From Candidatus Gribaldobacteria bacterium (GTDB lineage: Bacteria > Patescibacteriota > Minisyncoccia > Minisyncoccales > CG1-02-41-26), in assembly GCA_026396705.1 (NCBI GenBank), contig JAPLWE010000064.1, forward strand, positions 1-46,285: 46,285 nucleotides of DNA, written 5' to 3'. Shown piece after piece: positions 7,618 through 14,973 of the stretch. Within the stretch, counting starts at the first letter, position 1. Each line of letters begins with the position of its first letter. Below the pieces are notes generated by a model. It saw nothing but the letters and a program-made list of their open reading frames with translations, ran no database searches and was not told the DNA's origin. The translations under genes and the position numbers were made by a program.

Positions 7618-9327
7618 ATGCAAAAAACTAATCAAGATAAAAAATTGTTATCAATAGGGGAAGTTGCCAAAATTTTTGGATTAGACAGAGATACCCTTAG
7701 AAATTGGGAAAAGAAAGGTATTATTACGCCTTTACGCGTTGGTCCACGGGGCGATCGAAAATATCGGCCAGAAGATATTGAGAAAATTTCAAATGATAAA
7801 AGTATCGTTAAAGATCTTGGCGTGCCACTTACAGACGACGAAGGGAAAATGAACCTTACTCAACTTAAACAGTTTCTTTGGAAAAGCGCTGATATTTTAA
7901 GGGGTAAGATTGACAGCTCGGATTACAAAAAGTATATTTTTGGGCTTTTGTTTTACAAAAGAATGAGCGATGTTTGGGACGAAGAATATCATTTTGTAAT
8001 GGAAGAATACAGAGATGACATAGTTGCTGATGCTGACTATAATCACCGATTTCAAGTGCCCAAAGATTGTCGCTGGGAAATAATTCAAAAGCAAGCCGAA
8101 GGCATTGGGCCAAAGCTTAATGAAATTTTTGAAAAACTAACTACTGCTAATAGCCCCAAGCTGGATAAAATTTTTGATGATTTGGATTTTGCCAACAAAG
8201 ATAAATTTCCAAACGAAACATTACAAAAGCTGATAAACAACTTTTCAAAACATAATTTTGGTGATAATTATATTAGCTCCGACTTGCTGGGTGATGCTTA
8301 TGAATATCTTATTGAGCAATTTGCGCAGGATGCTGGAAAAAAAGGCGGGGAGTTTTATACCCCGCGAGAAGTTGAGCGGGTGATTATAAATATCTTAAAG
8401 CCCCACGAAAAAGACCACATCTATGATATGTGTGTTGGCTCGGGCGGCTTTCTTTTGGAGGCGTATCATTACCTTAAAGACCAATCAAGCGAGAAGAAAG
8501 CTCGCTCGCTTTATTTATATGGACAGGAAATCAACATCGGCACTTACGCTATTGCCAAAATCAATATGTTTTTGCATGGCCTTGATTCCGCTGATATCCA
8601 ACGAGGGGACACCTTGACTGACCCAAGGTTTCTAAGCCCCGATGGCTCGCTAAAAACATTTGATATTTGCGTGGCCAATCCGCCTTATTCAATCAGTGAA
8701 TGGGAATATGAAACATTTAAAAATGATAAGCACGGCCGAGTGGCTGGCTATGAAATGCCTCCAACCAAAAAAGCCGACTACGCTTTTGTGCTACATATGG
8801 TTAAATCAATGAACGAAAATGGCAAAGCTGGCATTGTGCTGCCACACGGAGTGCTTTTTCGCGGTGGGGCGGAAGGCCGCATCAGGGAACAGCTTATTAA
8901 AAACGACTTAATTGAGGCCATTATCGCTTTGCCCTCAAAGCTTTTTTATGGCACGGGTATACCAGCGGCCATTGTGATATTTAATAAAAACAAACCACAA
9001 AGCCATAAAAATAAAATTTTGATTATTGACGGGGAAAAAGATTTTGAAGAAGGTAAAAACCAAAACCGTTTGCGCAAAAAAGACATTGAAAAAATAGTGT
9101 TGGCTTTTGAGGGCTATCGGGACATTGAAAAATACGCCCGAGTGGTTGATATAAAAGAGTTAAAAGAAAATGAGTTTAACCTAAATGTTCGCCGTTATGT
9201 GGAAAATGGCGAGGAGGAGGAAGTGGTGGATGTAAAAACCGTTTGGGCTGAATTGAAAGAAATTGAAAAATCTCGCGAAACCATCAACAAAAAAGTTGAG
9301 GAGTATCTTAAAAAATTAAAGTATTAA
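7618..9327 (+). CDS. hsdM: Type I R-M methyltransferase subunit HsdM with N-terminal MerR/excisionase-type HTH
   Basis: The N-terminus LLSIGEVAKIFGLDRDTLRNWEKKGIITP..RKYRPEDI is a MerR-type HTH. It is followed by GEFYTPREV, motif I DMCVGSGGFL and motif IV VANPPYS. Confidence 0.93.
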   Translation: MQKTNQDKKLLSIGEVAKIFGLDRDTLRNWEKKGIITPLRVGPRGDRKYRPEDIEKISNDKSIVKDLGVPLTDDEGKMNLTQLKQFLWKSADILRGKIDSSDYKKYIFGLLFYKRMSDVWDEEYHFVMEEYRDDIVADADYNHRFQVPKDCRWEIIQKQAEGIGPKLNEIFEKLTTANSPKLDKIFDDLDFANKDKFPNETLQKLINNFSKHNFGDNYISSDLLGDAYEYLIEQFAQDAGKKGGEFYTPREVERVIINILKPHEKDHIYDMCVGSGGFLLEAYHYLKDQSSEKKARSLYLYGQEINIGTYAIAKINMFLHGLDSADIQRGDTLTDPRFLSPDGSLKTFDICVANPPYSISEWEYETFKNDKHGRVAGYEMPPTKKADYAFVLHMVKSMNENGKAGIVLPHGVLFRGGAEGRIREQLIKNDLIEAIIALPSKLFYGTGIPAAIVIFNKNKPQSHKNKILIIDGEKDFEEGKNQNRLRKKDIEKIVLAFEGYRDIEKYARVVDIKELKENEFNLNVRRYVENGEEEEVVDVKTVWAELKEIEKSRETINKKVEEYLKKLKY

Positions 9328-9337
9328 AGTAATCTTT

Positions 9338-9850
9338 ATGGATCATTCTGAAATTAAGAAATTTTTAGAATTGTTCGAAGCCAAAAGAAGTCGCACAGTA
9401 GTCGTGGTTGACTTTGGAAATGTGGAAAAGTGGAAAGAGAGTTTGGGGTGGCGTGTGGGCATACGAGAGCTTGCCGCTTTGGTTAAGCATTTTACTTATG
9501 GCCACCGTTTTTTGCGTCGTTTTTATTATGGAGCTGATTATGGTAAAGATGAAAAATCAACAGCACTGACTAATTGGTCAAAATACATCTTGCGTACCGC
9601 TGACCTAAATGGTTTTGAGGTTATTGATAAGAGGGTAAAATATATCCATAGTCAGAAAAATGTTTATGGTTTTGAAAAGAAATGTGATTTGGATGTCGAG
9701 ATGGCGGTTGATTTTATGCGTGAACGAGACAATTATGATAATATTGTGTTATTTTCTGGAGATGGCGATTTGGTTGCGGCGTTGAAATATCTCTATGAAG
9801 AATACAGTAAAAAAATAATAATTATGAGCGCTCGTGGTCATATTGGCTGA
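9338..9850 (+). CDS. NYN-domain (LabA-like) predicted ribonuclease, ending at an in-frame TGA (homology-like frame continues to 9952)
   Basis: VVVVDFGNVEKW, KKCDLDVEMAVD and VLFSGDGDLVAALKYL are the acidic NYN motifs. After the TGA at 9848-9850 the same frame reads EIIDAKRDKIIEDILYADDF..., as expected for the family C-terminus. Confidence 0.7.
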   Translation: MDHSEIKKFLELFEAKRSRTVVVVDFGNVEKWKESLGWRVGIRELAALVKHFTYGHRFLRRFYYGADYGKDEKSTALTNWSKYILRTADLNGFEVIDKRVKYIHSQKNVYGFEKKCDLDVEMAVDFMRERDNYDNIVLFSGDGDLVAALKYLYEEYSKKIIIMSARGHIG

Positions 9851-10234
9851 GAGATTATTGACGCAAAACGAGATAAAATTATTGAAGATATTCTTTATGC
9901 GGACGATTTTGAGTACCGGTTAAATATGGATAGGTTTCGCAAAAAGAGCTAAAAAATCAAAAGCCCCTACCTTGCGGCAGGGCTTCGATCAAAATCCGTG
10001 TAAGCCAAAGCTTACGATTTAATAATATCAAATTAAGCACGAATGTCAAGGATTTTATCCACAAGCCCTAACCATTTTGTTGGCGCCAACAAAACGATAG
10101 AATTGATGAAGTATGATTTTGTGGAAGATTTTGATTATTTTGTAGCCTCCCCCCAATTTGGGGATGGATTTGACACTTAAGCAACAGGCAAAATTATTGT
10201 CGTTAAAAAATTAAAAAGATAACAAAAAAAATTT

Positions 10235-11077
10235 ATGGAGCAACAAATTATTGTAAAACTACATAAAAATTTTGAGGATTGTGTTCACGAAAAAGATGGC
10301 GTGGAGTTTTGGTATGCCCGAGAGTTGCAAGAACTTCTTGGCTACGATAAGTGGGACAACTTTGAGAATGTTGTCAATAAAGCAAAGATCGCCTGTGAAA
10401 CTGCCAATCAAAAAATTTCCGACCATTTTGCCGACGTCGGGAAAATGGTTGACTTGGGCTCTGGGAGTAAGCGAGAAGTGGCCGATATTATGCTAACCCG
10501 TTATGCCTGCTACCTTATAGCTCAAAATGGCGACCCAAGAAAAAATGAAATTGCTTTTGCGATGACTTATTTTGCTATTCAGACACGCAAACAAGAGGTA
10601 GTAGAACAACGATTAGCGCAATGGGAGCGTTTGCACGCCAGAGAAAAACTGACTATTTCCGAAAAAACTCTTTCGGGTGTTTTATTCGAGCGGGGTGTTG
10701 ACGGCCAAGGGTTCGCCAGAATACGGAGTAAGGGTGATTCGGCTTTATTTGGCGGATATTCCACGCAAGATATGAAAAACAAACTAGGCGTGCCTGATGG
10801 CCGGCCATTGGCTGATTTTTTGCCAGGTGTTACCATAAAAGCCAAAGATTTAGCCAATGAGATAACCAGTTTTAATGTAAAAAAAGACCAAGCATTAAAA
10901 GGTGAAACACCCATTACCTATGAGCATGTGAAAAATAACGAGAATATGCGCGAGATGCTGGCTAAAAGTGGTATTCAGCCCGAGGCCTTACCGCCCGAAG
11001 AAGACACAAAAAAACTTGAACGCAAACTAAAATCCGAAAACAAAAAACTGCCCAAATCCGCTAAAAAATTAAAATAA
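10235..11077 (+). CDS. dinD: DNA-damage-inducible protein D (DinD) family protein
   Basis: The region FEDCVHEKDGVEFWYARELQELLGYDKWDNFENVVNKAKIACE..DHF..KREVADIMLTRYACYLIAQNGDPRK is characteristic of DinD. A Lys-rich tail follows. Confidence 0.8.
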   Translation: MEQQIIVKLHKNFEDCVHEKDGVEFWYARELQELLGYDKWDNFENVVNKAKIACETANQKISDHFADVGKMVDLGSGSKREVADIMLTRYACYLIAQNGDPRKNEIAFAMTYFAIQTRKQEVVEQRLAQWERLHAREKLTISEKTLSGVLFERGVDGQGFARIRSKGDSALFGGYSTQDMKNKLGVPDGRPLADFLPGVTIKAKDLANEITSFNVKKDQALKGETPITYEHVKNNENMREMLAKSGIQPEALPPEEDTKKLERKLKSENKKLPKSAKKLK

Positions 11078-11123
11078 TAATAAAAAGTTGAGGAATATTT
11101 AAAAGTGTTAAAATATTAAATTT

Positions 11124-11915
11124 ATGTCTGAAGATGTTAAGGAAGAAAAAGAGAAAATCAGCAAACACAAGTTCTTTTTTGAATTACCATTGTATACACC
11201 AATTGAGCTTGGTGATCTAGAGAAGAGCTTTTGGGAATTTTTCAAAGGGGATGTTGATGCTTATAGTCCAGATGGATTTGATACTACTTATACTATTGCG
11301 ATCTGGAACCTTGGTCAAAGTGATAGTACATACAATGGTTATTATGCACTAAATCTTGAGTGTAAGAGAAAAGGAAACACTTTAGAATTTTTTATTTATA
11401 AAACAAATGAGGCTATTATGAAGGTCGGCCAGCTCTTATCGCTTGTCGATTTGCAATATGCCGAGATTGAGAAAAAATACGACAAAGTACTTCCTAGACA
11501 AGATTTACACGATCTAAAAAAGGCCATTGGGCTTATGACACACGGCGCAGGGGCAGGCTCGCTCGTATATTTAAGGAGAATATTTGAAAATATTATTTGG
11601 AATACTTATAAAGAATATAAAGCATCAATCGGAGTTGCTGATGAAGAATTTTTAAAAAAGCGGATGGATGAAAAGGTTGATTTTCTTAAAACTTTCCTAC
11701 CGAGCCAGTTAGTAGAAATGAAAAGTATTTATGGAATTTTAAGTAAGGGAGTTCACGAATTAACTGAGGAAGAATGTCTTACTTATTTTCCTGCGTTAAA
11801 GCTTTCAATTATTCTTATTCTTGATCAAAAAATTGAAGAAGATGCTCGAAGCAAGAAAGATGCGGAAACTAAAAGGGCGATAGCTGATATTGCCAAACAG
11901 ATAAATGGAAAATAA
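11124..11915 (+). CDS. Hypothetical protein with DUF4145-like C-terminal helical domain
   Basis: The C-terminal half (GAGSLVYLRRIFENII..YGILSKGVHELTEEECLTYFPALKLSIILILD) follows the DUF4145 pattern often seen next to R-M genes. Its stop overlaps the hsdS start. Confidence 0.55.
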   Translation: MSEDVKEEKEKISKHKFFFELPLYTPIELGDLEKSFWEFFKGDVDAYSPDGFDTTYTIAIWNLGQSDSTYNGYYALNLECKRKGNTLEFFIYKTNEAIMKVGQLLSLVDLQYAEIEKKYDKVLPRQDLHDLKKAIGLMTHGAGAGSLVYLRRIFENIIWNTYKEYKASIGVADEEFLKKRMDEKVDFLKTFLPSQLVEMKSIYGILSKGVHELTEEECLTYFPALKLSIILILDQKIEEDARSKKDAETKRAIADIAKQINGK

Positions 11916-13086
11916 AATTATACAAAAGAATATTCCGAGCGGGTGGCAAGAAGCGAATCTTGGCGATATCACTGACTTATATCAGCCCGAAACTATATCC
12001 AAAAACCAAATGTTATCAGCTGGGAAGTATTTAGTTTTTGGCGCCAATGGGGTTATTGGAAAATATAATAGATTTAACCATGAAGATTCAGAAGTTATTG
12101 TCACTTGTAGGGGTGCTTCTTGCGGTTCCATCAGTATGACACCAAAACAAGCATGGATTACCGGTAATGCCATGGTTATTAAAGTAAATGAAAATAAAAT
12201 TATAAAGCCCTATATATATTATTTTCTAAAAAATTCTAACCTGAACACTGTGATTTCTGGCGGTGCGCAACCCCAAATCACAAGACAGCCAATTTCGGCA
12301 TACAGAATATTATTTCCAAAATCAAAAACCGAGCAGCAAAAGATTGCGGGGATTTTGGGGGCGGTGGATGAGGATATTGCCAAAACCCAGGAAGTGATTG
12401 AGGCGACAGAAAAGCTCAAACGCGGATTGATGCAACAGCTTTTTACCCGCGGTATTGGCCATACAAAATTTAAGGAAACAAAAATCGGACAGATTCCAGA
12501 GGAGTGGGAGGTTGTAAAGTTATCAGAAATTGCACAAGTAGAGCGCGGAAAATTCTCACATAGACCACGCAATGCCCCTGAATTTTATGGTGGCGATATT
12601 CCATTTATCCAAACTGGTGATGTCGTTAATTCAAATGGTAAAATTTCTTTATACACTCAAACCTTAAATGAAAAAGGGCTGTCAGTCAGTAAATTATTTA
12701 AAAAGGGAACAATAGTAATTACTATTGCGGCAAATATTGGCGATACGGGAATATTACAATTTGATTCATGTTTCCCCGATAGTTTAATAGGCATTACTTC
12801 CTCAGAAAAAATTGATTCAATATTTCTTGAATATTATCTTAGAACCCAAAAAGAATATCTGAACAGTATTTCCACTCAATCTGCTCAAAAGAATATTAAC
12901 TTAGAAAAATTAAATCCACTTCCGATAATATTGCCAACAAAAGATGAGCAGAAGAAAATTGCCAACATTCTTTCAGCGGTTGATGAAAAAATTTCGGTTA
13001 ATAAAAAATTAAAAGCAAAACTTACCACGCTTAAAAAAGGCCTAATGCAGGATTTATTGAGCGGGAAAGTAAGAGTTAAAAATTAA
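11905..13086 (+). CDS. hsdS: Type I R-M specificity subunit HsdS (two target-recognition domains)
   Basis: Two variable halves are each followed by the conserved coiled-coil region: EQQKIAGILGAVDEDIAKTQEVI..LKRGLMQQLF and EQKKIANILSAVDEKISVNKKLK..LKKGLMQDLL. Confidence 0.9.
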   Translation: MENKIIQKNIPSGWQEANLGDITDLYQPETISKNQMLSAGKYLVFGANGVIGKYNRFNHEDSEVIVTCRGASCGSISMTPKQAWITGNAMVIKVNENKIIKPYIYYFLKNSNLNTVISGGAQPQITRQPISAYRILFPKSKTEQQKIAGILGAVDEDIAKTQEVIEATEKLKRGLMQQLFTRGIGHTKFKETKIGQIPEEWEVVKLSEIAQVERGKFSHRPRNAPEFYGGDIPFIQTGDVVNSNGKISLYTQTLNEKGLSVSKLFKKGTIVITIAANIGDTGILQFDSCFPDSLIGITSSEKIDSIFLEYYLRTQKEYLNSISTQSAQKNINLEKLNPLPIILPTKDEQKKIANILSAVDEKISVNKKLKAKLTTLKKGLMQDLLSGKVRVKN

Positions 13087-13150
13087 AAATATGTTTAGAT
13101 TTAACTTAATAGAAAAAATAAAGCTGATATTTAATATCAAAGCATCGAAC

Positions 13151-13199
13151 AGGAGAGCCGTTGATAGTAGGAGAGCCGTTGATAGTAGGAGGGCTGGTG
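13151..13199. repeat. 18-bp tandem repeat, 2 perfect copies plus a degenerate third
   Basis: AGGAGAGCCGTTGATAGT occurs at 13151-13168 and 13169-13186, followed by AGGAGGGCTGGTG. Confidence 0.85.
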
Positions 13200-13462
13200 T
13201 TTTAGTTGAGGGTAGAAGTTCCACTTTTGTAAATTGTAAAGGAATTGGGCCAGACGCTGGCATGATAGACAAAGGAAAATGTACGAAAGTAATCAATAGT
13301 GAATGGATAGCCACAGGAAAAAAATAAAAAGCCGAGGCATGGACAAGAAACCCAACCCCGACTTTAATGCATTTCTATTATAACCTACTTTAAGATTAAA
13401 ATTCAGCAAAACGATTTAGTAAAATGTCTAAAAACCCAGTATTTTAAGGCAAAATAAGGGCA

Positions 13463-13495
13463 TTTACTTTACTATATCAGTGTAGTAATATAGTA
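13463..13495 (+). promoter_or_regulatory. Possible promoter of the AAA ATPase gene with an overlapping inverted repeat
   Basis: TTTACT (13463-13468), 17 nt, TAATAT (13486-13491). The IR TACTATAT (13470-13477) / ATATAGTA (13488-13495) covers the spacer and the -10. Confidence 0.35.
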
Positions 13496-13534
13496 GGTGG
13501 CGTTACTGTATCACTCTAGAAATATATCAAATAT

Positions 13535-14968
13535 ATGGAAGAAATACTAAAATATGTCCAAAATCAGCTTGTTCAAGTCCCTTTTCGGTTACGGTCTTAT
13601 ATTCAAGACGAGCAGGGCAAAAAGTACCCTCAAAGAAATATCTATATTAAGGTTGATAAATATTTGAGAGATTTTTTGCATAATCCAGAAGCCCGAGATC
13701 GCTGGATTATTATTCCTGGCTTGCGTGGTGTTGGTAAAACCACAATTCTTGCTCAATTGTTTCTTAACCATTACGAAGAAGTCGGCCAACAGAGAATGCT
13801 TTATATTTCGCTTGATGAGGTAGTGAACGTTTTAGGTTCGTCTCTTAAAGACATTTTATCAGCTTATGAAAAAACAATCGGTGAAAGTTTTGAAAAAATC
13901 AATAAGCCGTTGTTTATTTTTATTGACGAAGCTCAATATGATTCCAAATGGGCGTCGGTATTGAAATCTGTTTACGACAGATCAAATAAGGTTTTTGTAG
14001 TTTGTAGCGGTTCTTCTGCTGTTTCTTTACAAACAAACCCAGATGTTATTCGTAGAGCGATTTTTGAGAAGTTATTTCCAACAAACTTTTGTGAATTTTT
14101 GATGATTAAGGAAAGCAAGTATCCAATCAAAAATTTAAAGAAAAATATTAAAGACGCCTTGTTCTTATCTAATTCGGCAAAAGAAGCTTATGATAAATTA
14201 AAAAATTACGAACAATCGGTATTCAGCTTTTGGTCACAGGTAGATCGTCTCTATATTGATGAGTACCTAAAAGTCGGGACTCTCCCATTTGCTGTTAGAA
14301 TCAAAGATGAAGTTCGTGTTTATCAAACCATAAATTTGTTGCTTGATAAGGTTATTAATCAAGATGTTCAAGGCCTTGGTCGTTTTGATCCAAAAACTAT
14401 TAGCTATATTAAGAGAGTTTTATTTTTACTCGCCGAGTCGGAAGTTTTAAGCGTGCAAAAATTAGCCAAAACCCTTGAGATTAGCGTTAACACGGCTTCA
14501 AGTATCCTCGAGGTATTAGAATACACCGAACTATTAATAAGGATTATGCCATATGGTTCTAACGCAAAAAAAGTAAGAAAACCATCAAAATATCAATTTA
14601 TGTCATCGGCTATGCGGTCGGCATTTTTATCGGTTGCTGGAAACTCACAGATGTTTGCTCAGCAAAAAGGCAGATTGATGGAAGATATTGTTGCTATGAT
14701 TATATATCGCGAGTTTGTTGCTAATAGTAGGGGCGCTTTAAATTATGATAGTTCAAAGGGTGGCGCTGATTTTATTTTAACCATCGCGGAAAAAAATATA
14801 ATCCCAATTGAAGTAGGCATGGGCGAGAAACTTGGTACGCAGGTTAGAAATACTATGAAAAAAGTTGGTTCGGCTAAGTATGGCGTAGTAATTTGTAGCA
14901 ACCCACTCGCATTACTGGAAGATGCCAATGTGGTAAAGATTCCACTTGATTATTTCCTTTTAATTTAA
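13535..14968 (+). CDS. AAA+ ATPase with C-terminal PD-(D/E)xK-like module (COG1373-like)
   Basis: Walker A PGLRGVGKTT and Walker B LFIFIDEAQY. The C-terminus GGADFILTIAEKNIIPIEVGMGEK resembles the nuclease-like D..E-x-K module of this family. Confidence 0.75.
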   Translation: MEEILKYVQNQLVQVPFRLRSYIQDEQGKKYPQRNIYIKVDKYLRDFLHNPEARDRWIIIPGLRGVGKTTILAQLFLNHYEEVGQQRMLYISLDEVVNVLGSSLKDILSAYEKTIGESFEKINKPLFIFIDEAQYDSKWASVLKSVYDRSNKVFVVCSGSSAVSLQTNPDVIRRAIFEKLFPTNFCEFLMIKESKYPIKNLKKNIKDALFLSNSAKEAYDKLKNYEQSVFSFWSQVDRLYIDEYLKVGTLPFAVRIKDEVRVYQTINLLLDKVINQDVQGLGRFDPKTISYIKRVLFLLAESEVLSVQKLAKTLEISVNTASSILEVLEYTELLIRIMPYGSNAKKVRKPSKYQFMSSAMRSAFLSVAGNSQMFAQQKGRLMEDIVAMIIYREFVANSRGALNYDSSKGGADFILTIAEKNIIPIEVGMGEKLGTQVRNTMKKVGSAKYGVVICSNPLALLEDANVVKIPLDYFLLI

Positions 14969-14973
14969 TTTTT

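Noticed and set aside
9848-9850. Considered UGA-as-sense recoding (SR1/Gracilibacteria-type genetic code).
   Set aside because: obg (396-398), the esterase (24601-24603), the ATPase (28491-28493) and the kinase-CYTH gene (33840-33842) all terminate at TGA in ATGA overlaps at family-appropriate lengths. Long ORFs are intact under the standard code.
9961-10020. Two short hairpins after the NYN frame (AAGCCC..GGGCTT and GTAAGC-CAAA-GCTTAC), considered as terminators.
   Set aside because: The stems are only 6 bp and no T-tract follows. This is not enough to call an intrinsic terminator.
13151-13199. Considered whether the tandem repeat is a small CRISPR array.
   Set aside because: The copies are directly adjacent with no spacers, the unit is only 18 bp, and there are no cas genes in the window.
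13091-13327. 78-codon ORF containing the tandem repeat, considered as a real gene.
   Set aside because: It has no recognisable motif and no SD, and the repeat itself generates part of the open frame. I kept it only as a repeat observation.
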